Shown: positions 39,135 through 50,750, counted from the stretch's first letter. The stretch is DNA of 64,000 bases from Candidatus Latescibacterota bacterium (GCA_965217865.1 CBDCJO010000002.1:3040001-3104000), one strand, 5' to 3'. Notes: generated by a model not told the origin, from the letters alone. Made by a program: numbers and translations.

Positions 39135-39728
39135 TTAGAGCTCTTGTCTTCCTTCTAAAGATCGGGCAAGTGTCAATCCGTCGGCCAATTCCAAATCGCT
39201 CCCGACGGGGACGCCTCTGGCAATCCGGGTCGTTCGGATTCCGAGGGGTCGAATGATCCCATCCAGGTAGTGCGCAGTAGCATCCCCTTCTGTGTCGGGG
39301 TTGTGTCCGTATATCACCTCGTTGACCTCACCGGTTTTCAGGCGGGCCATGAGTTCGTCGATTCTCAAATGATCGGGCCCCACGCCGTCCAGTGGAGAGA
39401 GGACACCCCCCAGTACGTGGTAGAGTCCACGGTGGGTCCGGGCCCGCTCAAATGCGAGTACTTCGCTGACCCCCTCAACGACAAGGAGGGTCGTCCGATC
39501 CCGCAATGGATCGGAACAGATGGAACAGGGGTCTGCCTCGGTCAAGAAGAAACAGATGGAGCAGGGGTGGACCCGGGATTTTACCTGGACGAGAAGTCGG
39601 GCAAGGGTTTCCACCGCATCGGTCTGGTTTCGGAGGAGATGAAAGGCAATCCGCTGGGCCGACCGCGGACCGATCCCCGGTAATTTGGTGAGTTCAGCGA
39701 TCAAAAGATCGACGGATTCGGAAACCAT
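39135..39728 (-). CDS. recR: Recombination mediator RecR
   Basis: LPGIGPRSAQR, CSIC...CSIC, YHVLGG, EGDATA. Confidence 0.98.
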   Translation of the reverse strand: MVSESVDLLIAELTKLPGIGPRSAQRIAFHLLRNQTDAVETLARLLVQVKSRVHPCSICFFLTEADPCSICSDPLRDRTTLLVVEGVSEVLAFERARTHRGLYHVLGGVLSPLDGVGPDHLRIDELMARLKTGEVNEVIYGHNPDTEGDATAHYLDGIIRPLGIRTTRIARGVPVGSDLELADGLTLARSLEGRQEL

Positions 39729-39780
39729 AATCGCGCGGAAGGGGATTTTTCAGGGAAGGGTTAAGGGATGATTCCACGAT

Positions 39781-40110
39781 TCACATCCACGGAAGTTTCA
39801 TCCCACCCCCCCCGGGTATGATCCCTCCCGTGACCTTCTGCATTTCCTCCTGGGCCATCGCGGACGCTTTTTCCAACGCCTGATTGACGGCCGCGAGGAT
39901 GAGGTCTTCAAGCATTTCGACGTCATCCGGCACCACGACTTCGGGGTCGATCCGGACCGAAATGATCTCCTGCTTTCCGTTTGCCACCGCCACAACCATC
40001 CCTCCCCCGGAGGTTCCTTCCACCTGTTTCTGTTCCAGATCCTCCTGAATCTTCTCCATCTGTTCCTGGAGTTTTTTAGCCTGTTTCATGATGTTCCCCA
40101 TACCCTTCAT
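39781..40110 (-). CDS. YbaB/EbfC nucleoid-associated protein
   Basis: [26 protein letters not shown]; between dnaX and recR. Confidence 0.96.
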   Translation of the reverse strand: MKGMGNIMKQAKKLQEQMEKIQEDLEQKQVEGTSGGGMVVAVANGKQEIISVRIDPEVVVPDDVEMLEDLILAAVNQALEKASAMAQEEMQKVTGGIIPGGGGMKLPWM

Positions 40111-40231
40111 ACCGGCGCTCCGAATAAAATATGAATGTCAATTTTCTAAGAGATAACCCTTCGCTGCGCTCAGCCGAAACCTCATTCGATCCGGAAGGCG
40201 CAATGATATTTGGCACGCCATCGTGCTCCCT

Positions 40232-40280
40232 CACCCCGCCTCGGACCCACCCCTAAATCCCCTCCAAGGAGGGGACTTCA
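40232..40280 (+). repeat. Partial copy of repeat family B
   Basis: ACCCACCCCTAAATCCCCTCCAAGGAGGGGACTTCA matches 10778-10814 and the reverse complement of the 58600-58635 region. Confidence 0.7.
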
Positions 40281-40359
40281 CCCCTATCGCGGGCTTCGTT
40301 TCGCTCAGCCGAAACGAATAGGGATGTAAGCTCTTGCATAGAAGCTGAAATGTAAGACT

Positions 40360-42051
40360 CTAAACGGGTCTTTCGGCCCCTCGACCCAGGATCTCTCCAT
40401 CGAATATCTCTAATACGGTCTGAACGGGAGGGGATATATCTAAATCCCTCTTCTCCCGGGAATCGGCACGTTCGAAGTCCCCCTGGTCTTCGTTTCGGGG
40501 TTCGCCCAGGCGGCATTCCACACGCAGCCGGGTGCCGATGACCTCGGCGATCGTATCTTCGAGCACCTGTTTGTTCCTCTTGATCTGGTTTGCCTGGAAC
40601 GCGGCGGTGGGTGGAAACCCGATGTGGAGGCACCGCTCGACCAAAGCACAGGGGGTTCCTACCCCGAGTTGGACGCCGAGCGGCATGGAGGCTTTTTTTG
40701 TCCGATCGATGATTTCACCCCAAGCCCCTTCGATGACTTCCAGTGAAGGGTTGTCCGATGCAGGAAGCGAGGGAGATCCGACAGCCTTTTCCTCCGGATC
40801 CATTCCTGGTCCGCCGGGGCGGGCTGGTTCCGATTGAGGGTTCCCGGGTCCATTCTGATGATTCCCCGAAGAAGGATTACGCAATCCTCGGACCTGAATA
40901 CCCCCTCGCAATCCGGTTTCGATTCGATCCAGGCGCCCCAGCAACTCCTCGATCCTTACCGTGGACTCCAGCGCAATCAGTTTGACCATGGTGAGTTCGA
41001 GGTGAAGCCGGGGTTGGGAAACCGAATCGACGGCCACTTCGTGGTCGGAGACGATCTGAATCATCATCAGGAGGTCCTCCTGGCTGAATCCCTCCGCGCA
41101 CGCCATGGTTCGGGCCTTTTCGGCATCCGATAGGTCCAGGCTATCGGATCCTCCGTGGATCTTGCAGACCAGGAGATTCCGGAGGTGTTCCAGAAGTCCC
41201 CGGACGAACTCTCCGATGTCTCCTCCCTGTCCGATCAGTTCTTCGATCAGGTTCAAACCTCCAACCCGATCTTTTTTGGCAATGGCCTCCGTGGTCTTGA
41301 AAAAGATGTCCTGGTCCAAGATTCCCAGGGCTTCCCGAACATCATCGCCAGCAGGGGAGGTCCCGGCATAGGCCACGACCTGGTCGAGAAGGCTCCAGGC
41401 ATCTCGCATCGCCCCGTCCGCACGCCTCGCGATCAGAAACAGGGCTTCTTCGGGGATCCTGATCCCTTCCTTCTCGGCTGTAGCCGCGAGCCGATTTGCG
41501 ATGTCCTCCGAAGGGATACGCCGGAAGTTAAATCGCTGGCATCGCGATAAAATCGTTGAAGGAACCTTCTGCTGTTCGGTGGTGGCAAGGATGAATATGA
41601 CGTGCGAAGGAGGTTCCTCAAGGGTTTTCAGAAGGGCATTGAAAGCCTCAGGGGTGAGCATGTGGACTTCGTCGATGATATAAACTTTTTTACCCGTCGG
41701 TTTTGAGAGGCCCAGGATCACCTTCTCTCGGAGGCTCCTGATCTCATCGATACCCCGATTGGACGCGGCGTCGATCTCAAGCACGTCAGGGCTGTTCCCA
41801 AGATCGATGGACTTGCACGGACGACAGTCGTTGCAGGGGGTGGGGGTGGGACCCGATTCGCAATTGAGGGCTTTGGCCAGTATCCGCGCCGTGGTGGTCT
41901 TCCCACATCCTCTAGGTCCGGAGAACATGTATGCGTGCGCGATCCTACTAGATATGACGGCGTTTTGGAGGGTTATTGTCACGTGGTTTTGTGCTATGAC
42001 GTCCTCAAACAAGGCCGGACGCCATTTTCGGGCCATCACGATATAAGACAT
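40360..42051 (-). CDS. dnaX: DNA polymerase III subunit gamma/tau
   Basis: ARKWRP, GPRGCGKTT, EIDAASN, IIDEVHML, SRCQRF. Confidence 0.98.
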   Translation of the reverse strand: MSYIVMARKWRPALFEDVIAQNHVTITLQNAVISSRIAHAYMFSGPRGCGKTTTARILAKALNCESGPTPTPCNDCRPCKSIDLGNSPDVLEIDAASNRGIDEIRSLREKVILGLSKPTGKKVYIIDEVHMLTPEAFNALLKTLEEPPSHVIFILATTEQQKVPSTILSRCQRFNFRRIPSEDIANRLAATAEKEGIRIPEEALFLIARRADGAMRDAWSLLDQVVAYAGTSPAGDDVREALGILDQDIFFKTTEAIAKKDRVGGLNLIEELIGQGGDIGEFVRGLLEHLRNLLVCKIHGGSDSLDLSDAEKARTMACAEGFSQEDLLMMIQIVSDHEVAVDSVSQPRLHLELTMVKLIALESTVRIEELLGRLDRIETGLRGGIQVRGLRNPSSGNHQNGPGNPQSEPARPGGPGMDPEEKAVGSPSLPASDNPSLEVIEGAWGEIIDRTKKASMPLGVQLGVGTPCALVERCLHIGFPPTAAFQANQIKRNKQVLEDTIAEVIGTRLRVECRLGEPRNEDQGDFERADSREKRDLDISPPVQTVLEIFDGEILGRGAERPV

Positions 42052-42102
42052 TTGAGCACCCAGGAACGGATGAGAGATTTATGAGGCGGGAAAAGAAAAA
42101 AA

Positions 42103-42374
<272 letters not shown>

Positions 42375-42446
42375 TTTATCAGAGACCGGCAGACCCCGCG
42401 TGCGCCTGTTGTTCATAATCCAGTCTGCCGTATTACATCCAATTTC

Positions 42447-42522
42447 TGGTGGAGCAGATGGGGATCGAACCCACGACCTCAGCGTTGCGAACGCTGCGCT
42501 CTCCCATCTGAGCTACTGCCCC
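42447..42522 (-). tRNA. tRNA-Ala (CGC)
   Basis: GGGGCAGTAGCTCAG...anticodon arm CAGCG-TTCGCAA-CGCTG...TTCGA...CCA; 76 nt. Confidence 0.96.
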
Positions 42523-42539
42523 ACCGATGGGAATGAATG

Positions 42540-42914
42540 CTACGCACCTTCGATCCGAACTCCGTCAGCCTTGGTCGCCTCGGATTTAAGGACTTCCACG
42601 TCATCCAAGATCCGGCCGATGGGGTTTACCGGGCTGGCGGGGCGGATCTCATCCCCGGTGCTTGCCGGCGTCAGCCCATAGAAGATACAAAAGGCGTGAC
42701 CGGGCGGCCAGTAACCCAGGTCACCACATTCCACCACCTCCTGGGAATTTTCAGGACCGGCCTCCACTGGGATGGAGAAATAGATCTCGTCTCCCCACGT
42801 GTTAAAATCGGATGTGAGAGGCAGGGCTTCCCAGATCTCACGGGCGGTCCGGGAGTCGTTCAACTCTGCGTCCAACACCACGTCCCCAACGGTAATTCGT
42901 ATTGTTTTTGGCAT
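42540..42914 (-). CDS. Cyclophilin-like fold protein (DUF369/TM1367 family)
   Basis: WGDEIYFSIPV, GDLGYWPPGHAFCIFYGLTP, ASPVN. Confidence 0.88.
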   Translation of the reverse strand: MPKTIRITVGDVVLDAELNDSRTAREIWEALPLTSDFNTWGDEIYFSIPVEAGPENSQEVVECGDLGYWPPGHAFCIFYGLTPASTGDEIRPASPVNPIGRILDDVEVLKSEATKADGVRIEGA

Positions 42915-43082
42915 AACTAGTGACGCGTAAAAGAATTAGCCTTGCATTTAGCAACACCGCTGGCCTCGGATGGGTGTCCGGACATGAGTCGTGAGTCATC
43001 TTGGTTGCTCCCAACCCTTCCCCCAAGGTTGTCATTTCTCTTGCTACCACCCAACCGTTGGTCATTGTTCCCAACCCTTCCC

Positions 43083-43281
43083 CTAGTGTCGTGTCCCAGA
43101 AGTTCCTTACAAAAGAAAGTCTCCAAAAACGTAGCGGTGGCTGTCATTTTGATCGAGAGCCAGCGAGCGAAGATCGCACCAACTGTCTGATAGTTCGGGA
43201 CATAGAGATCCTTCGCTCCGCTCAGGACGACAGACCGCTACCCAAGAAATTATTGAAGGAATCTTTAGGACACGACACTAG
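43083..43281. mobile_element. MITE family A copy 2
   Basis: Near-identical to 34940-35139, bounded by CTAG. Confidence 0.9.
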
Positions 43282-43670
43282 TAATGAGAGTACTGTTAGA
43301 TTTCCGTAATTGGAGAGTCATTTTGTTTGGTTTCAACCCCGCCCCCAAGTTCGCCTTTTTTCTTCCTACCTCCCCACCGTTTCTCGCTTGCTTCCAACCC
43401 TTCCCCCGAGTTCGCACTTTTTCTTGCTCGTCCCAAGAAAAAGTGCGCAAAAAGAAAGACGCCGCTCAAACGCCGCGGAGGCTGGGCGCGCCTAAGCCGG
43501 AATTTAGGATGGCAATCAGAATTTTGTGTGGTTCCGAGAGGGATCGTGGCTTAACCGGGCCCTGGTGGAACGTTAAAAAGGAGGGACAGAGTCGCGCCCA
43601 AAAACCGATATTATGATTTATGTAATGAGAGTACAGTTTGACTTCCGTAATTGGAGAAGTCATTTTGTTA
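43281..43670 (+). repeat. ~48-bp imperfect direct repeats (43281-43328, 43622-43669) enclosing a hairpin-rich spacer
   Basis: GTAATGAGAGTAC...TTCCGTAATTGGAGA(A)GTCATTTTGTT occurs twice. Confidence 0.75.
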
Positions 43671-43797
43671 AAAAGGGTAATGAAAATACAGTTTAACTTT
43701 AGTAACAACTCAGTAAAAGAAGGTCGAAAGTCACGAGTCGGGAGTCCAAAGACCAAAATCATTTCGCGATTTCCGACCCGGGCTCTGAACCGATTGT

Positions 43798-43887
<90 letters not shown>

Positions 43888-43972
43888 AAAAAGAAAGTCA
43901 TCAGTCAAAAGTCACGAATCCAGGGTCCGAGTTCAGGTCCAGGCTTTCGGCTTGAGATCCCGAACCGATTTC

Positions 43973-43986
43973 TGGCGGAGAGGGAG
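43973..43986 (-). repeat. att site (duplicated tRNA-Ser 3' end)
   Basis: Identical to 52368-52381. Confidence 0.85.
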
Positions 43987-44166
43987 TCCGCCATTTACAA
44001 TTCTAACGCATTCCTGAAAGTTTCGGTAAATTTCTGTATACAAAGGAGATATTGAACAAATAAAACTTGACTGTTCCTGCGTGTTTCGGTATATTCCCCT
44101 TATAATTGAGGGGAGAGTAAGGGGGAATGGAATGACGAACACAGCCCTAACAAAAGGGGAATCGAA

Positions 44167-45414
44167 ATGGCGGGTCCAACCCCATCGAAGGCGGGGCGCA
44201 AGCACGGCCGGCATCCCGAGAAGGCGCTGAGCGCAGCCTTTGTCCGAACGGTGCCGAAGCCGGGCCGGTACTGCGACGGGCACGGACTCTATCTGCTGGT
44301 CACGGACACCGGCGCGCGCTGCTGGGTGCAACGGCTGACGATTCGCGGACGGCGGCGCGAGCTTGGCCTGGGCGGCTTTCCCCTGGTGACGCTGGCCGAA
44401 GCCCGCGAGCAGGCGCTTGTCAACCGCAAACAGGCGCGCTCGGGCGGCGACCCGCTCGCTGAGAAGCGCAAGGATCAAGGCGTGCCCACGTTCGAGGAAG
44501 CCGCCGCTAGGGTGATAGAAATTCACCGGCCGTTCTGGAAGAACGGCGGCAAGAGCGGGGCGCAATGGGAATCGTCGCTTCGCCAGTACGTGTTCCCGCG
44601 CCTGGGCCGGCGTTCGGTTTCGGACGTAACCAGCGCTGACGTGATGTCGGTGTTGACGCCGGTCTGGCACGAGAAGCCGGAGACCGCGCGGCGGGTGCGT
44701 CAGCGTATCGGCGCGGTGATGAAGTGGGCGGTGGCGCAAGACTTGCGTGGCGACAACCCCGCGGGTGACGCGATTGGTGCAGCCCTGCCTCCGCATGCCG
44801 GCATCAAGCGCCACCAGCTGGCGCTTCCCCACGGCGGGGTTGCATGCGCGATAGAGGCGGTGCGGGCTTCGGAAGCTTCCCTGGCCGCCAAGCTGGCCTT
44901 CGAGTTCCTGGTGCTGACGGCGTGCCGTTCGGGCGAGGTTCGGCTGGCCCGGTGGGACGAAATCGACCTGGAAGCCCGCGAGTGGACCATCCCCGGTCAG
45001 CGCATGAAGGCGAAGCGGCCGCACCGGGTGCCGCTGTCCGGGCGGGCGCTGGAAGTCCTGAGCGTAGCGCGGACTCTCGCCCAGGATGGGATCAATCTGG
45101 TATTTTCCAGTATAAGATATGGAAAACCGCTGTCAGACGCAACACTTTCCAAGCTGCTTCGGGACTTGAGCGTTCCGGCGGTGCCTCACGGGTTCCGGTC
45201 GAGCTTCCGGGACTGGGCTGCGGAATGCACCGACGCGCCGCGCGCCGTCATGGAGGCGGCGCTGGCGCATGTCATCAAGGACAAGGCCGAGGCGGCCTAT
45301 GCGCGTTCGGACCTGTTCGACCGTCGCCGCAAGCTCATGGACGATTGGGCGGCCTATCTGAACGTGGAGGGCGGTCAAGGTCAAGTAGTACCGATGGAGG
45401 GTCGTCATGAATAG
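44167..45414 (+). CDS. P4-like tyrosine integrase with arm DNA-binding domain
   Basis: DGHGLYLLV, LGLGGFPLVTLAEAR, LTACRSGE, MKAKRPHRVPLS, HGFRSSF, LAH, AYAR. Confidence 0.96.
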   Translation: MAGPTPSKAGRKHGRHPEKALSAAFVRTVPKPGRYCDGHGLYLLVTDTGARCWVQRLTIRGRRRELGLGGFPLVTLAEAREQALVNRKQARSGGDPLAEKRKDQGVPTFEEAAARVIEIHRPFWKNGGKSGAQWESSLRQYVFPRLGRRSVSDVTSADVMSVLTPVWHEKPETARRVRQRIGAVMKWAVAQDLRGDNPAGDAIGAALPPHAGIKRHQLALPHGGVACAIEAVRASEASLAAKLAFEFLVLTACRSGEVRLARWDEIDLEAREWTIPGQRMKAKRPHRVPLSGRALEVLSVARTLAQDGINLVFSSIRYGKPLSDATLSKLLRDLSVPAVPHGFRSSFRDWAAECTDAPRAVMEAALAHVIKDKAEAAYARSDLFDRRRKLMDDWAAYLNVEGGQGQVVPMEGRHE

Positions 45415-46093
45415 GGAGCGTTGCGAGCAGTGGGAAGCGGCTTTCGCCAAGCAGGAAAGAGACGAAACCATATCGAACGAGGAACACATGGCGTTGGTTC
45501 CCCGTGGCCTGTTCGAGGGCATGAGTGAGGTCGAAGCCTACGACGAGGCCGAGAAAGTCATGCGCTACCATCTCCACGGTTTCGACCTCACCCCGATAGC
45601 GCCGCGCGGTCCGGCAATCGGGGGCAACTGGTTCACCATCGGGCCTACCTTCGGCGAGCATCGGGCCGATGAAGGGCTACGGAACTATATCAAGGCCAGC
45701 ACTCGCGATCCCGACTATTGGGAGGCATTGACCGTCATCGCAGCCCGGTTCCACCGGAAGCGCCAACCACTCCCCGATACCCTGGCCGATTGGGTCGCCG
45801 ACTATCTTGAGGGCAAGCGGCAGGCGCCACCTTCCCACAGGGGGCACATGGGCCGCCCATACTACGCGAACGCGAATCGGGATTATTGGATCGCCTGGAT
45901 GATGGACCTGCTCCACTTCCTGGGCATGAAGGAAAAGGACCGCCGTTACAGCGCGATAGTCGAAGCGCTTGACATGAAAGAGGAGGCCGTCCGCTCGGCC
46001 TTCGACAGTTATTGCCAGAACCACGACGGCAAGATGCCGCGTCCGTGGGAATGCTGGCCCCCTCCCAGCCGCAAATCCAAGCGCCAAGAATAA
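45407..46093 (+). CDS. Hypothetical satellite protein
   Basis: Overlaps integrase stop; GGAGG RBS; 228 aa. Confidence 0.7.
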   Translation: MNRERCEQWEAAFAKQERDETISNEEHMALVPRGLFEGMSEVEAYDEAEKVMRYHLHGFDLTPIAPRGPAIGGNWFTIGPTFGEHRADEGLRNYIKASTRDPDYWEALTVIAARFHRKRQPLPDTLADWVADYLEGKRQAPPSHRGHMGRPYYANANRDYWIAWMMDLLHFLGMKEKDRRYSAIVEALDMKEEAVRSAFDSYCQNHDGKMPRPWECWPPPSRKSKRQE

Positions 46094-46205
46094 CCCCCCG
46101 ACTCCGAATCCGTCCAGATGTGAACTATCGTGGCGACAGTTCACATTGAAAATCCAGATCTGTGTGGTAATTTCCGGAACATTTTAATTCAGGAGGTTAC
46201 TACAC

Positions 46206-46451
46206 ATGCCTGTCATACGATTCTTGCGCCGCCCCGAGGTGGAGTCCCGCACGGGCCTGTCGCGCTCCACGATCTACGCCGCCATGGGCCAGGGGACGTT
46301 TCCGCGCCCGCGCCGTATCGGCAAGCGGGCCGTGGCGTGGCGGGAAGACGATGTCGAGCACTGGCTGGCGCAATGCGGCGAGGCCAACCCGGGCGACCTG
46401 TACGCGCCCAAGCGCGGCGATAAACCCGCCGATTCACCATCGGCGGTGTGA
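46206..46451 (+). CDS. alpA: AlpA family regulator/excisionase
   Basis: [19 protein letters not shown]...[14 protein letters not shown]. Confidence 0.95.
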   Translation: MPVIRFLRRPEVESRTGLSRSTIYAAMGQGTFPRPRRIGKRAVAWREDDVEHWLAQCGEANPGDLYAPKRGDKPADSPSAV

Positions 46452-46452
46452 C

Positions 46453-48702
46453 ATGCCCAGCGCCGAAGAAATCGTCAGGGCGCTTAAGGGCCGATGGAGT
46501 GGGAATAGCGGCATGTGCGGCTGCCCGGCGCATGAGGACGCCAACCCAAGCCTGAGCGTGATGGAAGGGGACGGACGCGTGTTGGTGCACTGCCACGCCG
46601 GATGCCCGCAGGAGGCTGTTCTGGACGCCCTCGCGCGCGCGGGCTTCGACATCCGCCAGTCCAGCCGCGTCAACGGCGGCGCCTGCATTGACGACTACGG
46701 CCACCCCGAGCTCGGCAAGCCGTCGCGCACGTGGCCCTACCATGACGCCAAGGGCCGGATCGTCGCCTATGTCGCGCGGTTCGAGACCCAGGGTGGCAAG
46801 GAATTCCGGCCCCTGGTCCTCAAATACGGACGCTGGCGTGCGGCCGGACTGCCACCGCCGCGCCCCCTGTTCAGCTTGCAATCGATCCTTGATCGGCCCG
46901 GCGTGCCGGTTCTGGTGTGCGAGGGCGAGAAGACCGCCGAGGCGGCGGCCAGGCGGTTCCCCGACACCGTGGCGACAACGCTGATGCATGGCGCCAAGTC
47001 ACCGCACAAGACCGACTGGTCGCCAGTCAAGGACCGACATGTGACGGTGTGGCCCGACCACGACGAGGCGGGCGTGGGCTTCGCGGAGAATGTGGCGCGG
47101 TTGGCAGAACAAGCGGGCGCGGCCTCGGCGCGGATCGTGCGAGTGCCCGACGGCCTGCCGAAGGGCTGGGATCTGGCGGATGAACCACCCGCCGGGCTCG
47201 ACCTTGGCAAGTTGCTGGCCGAGGCTGAAGCGGTTGCCGAAGACCGGGTCGCCCGAACGTCCAAGGATAAGCCCCCGCGCGGTCCATCGCAAGCCGACCG
47301 GCTGGTCAGGCTCGCGGAAAGGAATGCCGCCCTTTTTGCGGACGGAGACGAGGCGTTCGCCGACTTGGCCGTAGACGGGCATCGCGAGACGTGGCCCGTG
47401 AAATCGAAGGGCTTCCGGCGCTGGCTGCGGTGGGAGTTCTATGTCATCGAGCATAAGTCGCCAGGCGCCGAGGCGATGCAACAGGCTGTCGCCACGCTCG
47501 ACGCGATGAGCGTTTTCGATTCGGCCCGCCGACGGGTATTCCTTCGCGTGGGCAAGGCCAGCCAGCGGCTCTACATTGACCTAGCCGACGATGCTTGGCG
47601 TGCCGTCGAGGTGGACGCCAGCGGGTGGCGGGTTGTCTCCGATCCACCCGTTCGGTTCCGGCGCGGTGAATCCATGCAGGCGCTGCCCGACCCGGAGGCC
47701 GGGGACCGGGCAGATGCGCTGGCGGCCCTCCGGGAGTTCTGCAACGTAAGGTGTGAGAGCGATTTCCTGCTTGTCGTGGCGTGGCTGCTTGCCGCGTTGA
47801 GTCCGGAAGGGCCGTACCCCGTGCTCGCGCTCGGCGGCGAGCAGGGCACGGCCAAAAGCACGCTGTGCCGGCTGCTGCGCTCCCTGGTGGACCCGTCCTC
47901 GATGCCGCTGCGGTCGCCACCACGCGATGACCGCGATGTCTTCATCGCAACGCGGCGGGCGCACGTGCTGGCCTTCGACAACGTGTCCGGCCTGCCGCCC
48001 TGGCTGTCCGACGCGCTGTGCCGGCTGGCGACCGGCGGCGGTTACGCGACCCGAACCCTTTACACCGACGACGAGGAGACGATCCTCGACGCGACGCGCC
48101 CGGTCATCATCAATGGCATCGGCGACATCGTCACGCGAGGCGATCTCGCCGACCGGGCGATCCACCTCACCCTTGAGCCGATCCCGGAAACCCGGCGCCG
48201 CCTTGAAAGCGACCTGCTCACGCACTTTGAGGTGTGGCGGCCACGCATCCTGAGCGCGCTGCTGGACGCCACATCCGAGGGGGTGCGGCGGCTGCCCACC
48301 GTGCGCCTGGAGCGCCTGCCCCGCATGGCCGATTTCGCGCTGTGGGCAACGGCCTGCGAGACCGCGTTCTGGCCCGAAGGAACCTTCCTGAAGGCCTATG
48401 ACGCGAACCGCGCGGCTGCGAACGAAGCCGTCATCGAGTCGAGCGCCATCGGCGCCACCGTGTGCAAGCTGATCGACCGAGACGGGCCGTTCGAGGGAAC
48501 GGCGAACGATCTGCTGGAAGCTCTGAACGGCCCCGAGTCCGGATCCCAGCCCAGGGCGAGAGGATGGCCCGCGACCGCGAGTGCGCTGAGTCTCCGCCTC
48601 GCACGGCTGGCGCCCAGCCTGCGTGAGACGGGGATCGAATGCGTCAGGCTTCCCCGCACGGCGGGGTCCAGGCGGTGGCGAATCGAGAGAACCCGAGAGT
48701 AG
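46453..48702 (+). CDS. Primase-helicase (Zn finger, TOPRIM, P-loop ATPase)
   Basis: [11 protein letters not shown]...HCHAGC; CEGEKT...WPDHDEAG; GEQGTAKS; FDN; LPRMADF. Confidence 0.9.
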   Translation: MPSAEEIVRALKGRWSGNSGMCGCPAHEDANPSLSVMEGDGRVLVHCHAGCPQEAVLDALARAGFDIRQSSRVNGGACIDDYGHPELGKPSRTWPYHDAKGRIVAYVARFETQGGKEFRPLVLKYGRWRAAGLPPPRPLFSLQSILDRPGVPVLVCEGEKTAEAAARRFPDTVATTLMHGAKSPHKTDWSPVKDRHVTVWPDHDEAGVGFAENVARLAEQAGAASARIVRVPDGLPKGWDLADEPPAGLDLGKLLAEAEAVAEDRVARTSKDKPPRGPSQADRLVRLAERNAALFADGDEAFADLAVDGHRETWPVKSKGFRRWLRWEFYVIEHKSPGAEAMQQAVATLDAMSVFDSARRRVFLRVGKASQRLYIDLADDAWRAVEVDASGWRVVSDPPVRFRRGESMQALPDPEAGDRADALAALREFCNVRCESDFLLVVAWLLAALSPEGPYPVLALGGEQGTAKSTLCRLLRSLVDPSSMPLRSPPRDDRDVFIATRRAHVLAFDNVSGLPPWLSDALCRLATGGGYATRTLYTDDEETILDATRPVIINGIGDIVTRGDLADRAIHLTLEPIPETRRRLESDLLTHFEVWRPRILSALLDATSEGVRRLPTVRLERLPRMADFALWATACETAFWPEGTFLKAYDANRAAANEAVIESSAIGATVCKLIDRDGPFEGTANDLLEALNGPESGSQPRARGWPATASALSLRLARLAPSLRETGIECVRLPRTAGSRRWRIERTRE

Positions 48703-48709
48703 GTACAGA

Positions 48710-48915
48710 ACATCGTCATCGCCGTCACACCCGTCATTCCTCAACACAAACAATCGGTTGCGCGTGACGGCCTTCGGCCCGATACCGTCATCACTGGCGC
48801 GAACCTCGTCACCTGTGACGGCGATGATGACAGCGATGACGACGTTCGCTCCGATGCCGTCACGCGCAAGCCATTGGAATTATTGGATAATGACAGTAAT
48901 GACGGCGATGACGGC
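48710..48915. repeat. Iteron-like GTCAT/GTCAC - GATGAC/GTGAC cluster, putative satellite origin
   Basis: Many direct and inverted (C)GTCA(T/C) / (A/G)TGAC(G) motifs just after the primase gene. Confidence 0.7.
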
Positions 48916-49333
48916 GATTTACGGTTAAACGCGGCGCGGCAAGGGGGATGACGTTCCGCCTTTGGGACCCCCCCCTTGGAGAAACCCCTGATGACGGGGA
49001 TCAGGCGAGCCTGTCGTAGCCTCAATGTGACAAGGGGAGAGGGTATGAAGCGCGGTATGATCTGGATGGGGATGACACAATTGGGGTGGGTGATTTTCTG
49101 ATCTTTGAGTTGCCGCACAACTTCCACATCGTCGCGCCGAGGGACTTGACCAGCAGCTCGTCGCTACGCGGAGAAGCGGAATCGACTGAAAGTTTTTTTA
49201 ATTCAGTGTGTTAAGCTGGCACAGCGTCCGGTTTTTCCTGGTAACGTGATAGCGGGCCGAAAAGATCGTTGTCCTTAATTTCGATTAATCTCTATATTTT
49301 TGTGACGATTCAAGTGCCAAAAGAAGGTGAAAA

Positions 49334-49587
49334 ATGGGCCGAAAATCGAAGTTGATGCTGGAATTGGCCAAAAAATCGCTGGTTTCGTGATGGAGGGCCT
49401 GCCGAACAATGCGGCCTGCCGGAGTGCCGGAATTTCGCAAAGCTCTTTTTATACTTGGCTTAAGAAGGGCGAGGTTGCGACCTCTGGTAAATTTCTGGAA
49501 TTTCTGGAGGATATAAAACAGGCCGCCGACGCCTTCATGCGCGTCTGTTCCTGCTCCGTCGCCGATCATGATCAACCTCGGCGATGA
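49334..49587 (+). pseudogene. Frameshifted terminase-small-subunit-like HTH gene
   Basis: ATG 49334 gives MGRKSKL, then another frame gives DAGIGQKIAGFV...AACRSAGISQSSFYTWLKKG...FLEDIKQA. Confidence 0.5.
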
Positions 49588-49714
49588 GGAAGGGGAGGCT
49601 GAAACTGATGCACCACCAGGATGATTGGCGACCGATCGAAATCGCCCGGCAGGGTCCAGGAACCCCGCAACCCTGCTCCGCGAGACGCGGGCGGAAGAAT
49701 TGGTACGCCTGGGA

Positions 49715-50096
49715 AGAGACCGAGAGCGTGGCGGCAAGGTAGTTGCCCGTGTGGCGGACGATCTGTCAGGTAAGGGGGTTCTGGCCTTCATCAAGCAGGC
49801 GATAGACCCTTCGGAAGAATCGGTGCTTGTCACGGACGAATTCAGTGCCTATAATACGGTAAGGCAGATCATGAACCACGCCGTGATTCACCACGCCAGG
49901 CATTATGCAGACGGTGATATACACACGAACACGATTGAAGGCGTGTGGTCCCTGCTCAAGAGAGCCTGGTACGGTTCCCATCATCACTACACGAAGCGTT
50001 ATACGCCGCTCTACGTGGCCGAGGTCCTGCTACAAATACAACAACCGGAAGAACAAGAGGACGTTTGATACGTTCATGAAAGGGTGCTTCGCATAG
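49715..50096 (+). pseudogene. IS1595-family transposase 3' fragment with frameshift
   Basis: ERGGKVVA, VTDEFSAY, HTNTIEGVWSLLKR, YVAE-(frameshift)-CYKYNNR. Confidence 0.88.
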
Positions 50097-50107
50097 GGTG
50101 CCGATTA

Positions 50108-50620
50108 TCAGGGAGGATCCAGATTGAGTTTTTTTAGAAGAACGTCTCGGAGTTCTACGGCAAGCGCTCTTTTTACATGCTTCATCTCAATGCCGTGATT
50201 ATAGGAACTCATTTTCATCTTGGAGATCATTTCCGGACTGTAATTGCTCTCTTCTTCGACAAACTCAAAGCAGAACTCTTGAATTTCATACGGATGCTTA
50301 TCCAGGAACTTGTCTACCAAACCTACAGCCTTTTCTGCGGCCCATTTGTCAGCATTAACATCACTTGATATGGATCGCCCCAAGTCTGTAAGCTTGAGAG
50401 GGCTTTCACTTGAAATAACGGCAGGGATGAGATGAAATATTTTCTTGATATCTTCCTGGATACTCTTGATGTTGGTACGGATTTCTTCCATGAATTCTTT
50501 AAACGAAGACCTGTCTGAATTAACGTTCCCAGCCCATATCCCTACTTTACATATGATTGTTCCAATTACTATCACGACTGCTGCTATTGGAGCAAAAACG
50601 ACCCAATTGAAATCAGACAT
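50108..50620 (-). CDS. Hypothetical membrane-anchored passenger protein (low GC)
   Basis: GAGGAG RBS; N-terminal TM, coiled coil, SPLKLTDLG. Confidence 0.75.
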   Translation of the reverse strand: MSDFNWVVFAPIAAVVIVIGTIICKVGIWAGNVNSDRSSFKEFMEEIRTNIKSIQEDIKKIFHLIPAVISSESPLKLTDLGRSISSDVNADKWAAEKAVGLVDKFLDKHPYEIQEFCFEFVEEESNYSPEMISKMKMSSYNHGIEMKHVKRALAVELRDVLLKKLNLDPP

Positions 50621-50750
50621 TGTTGGCTCCTCGCTTGGGCGGGGATTGAACACAAAGACAACGTACTTTCCCAACAGTACAAAATATATGTTACATGGGG
50701 ACACCCAGTCAAGAAAAACCTTGATTTACAGGATACCATCCGTCGCAATT

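Noticed and set aside
40693-40699. A7 run in dnaX as a possible gamma/tau frameshift site
   Set aside because: Not the in-frame A-AAA-AAG motif and no immediate -1 stop
43933-45024. 363-aa minus-strand ORF
   Set aside because: Shadow of the integrase
47581-48753. 390-aa minus-strand ORF
   Set aside because: Shadow of the GC-rich primase-helicase
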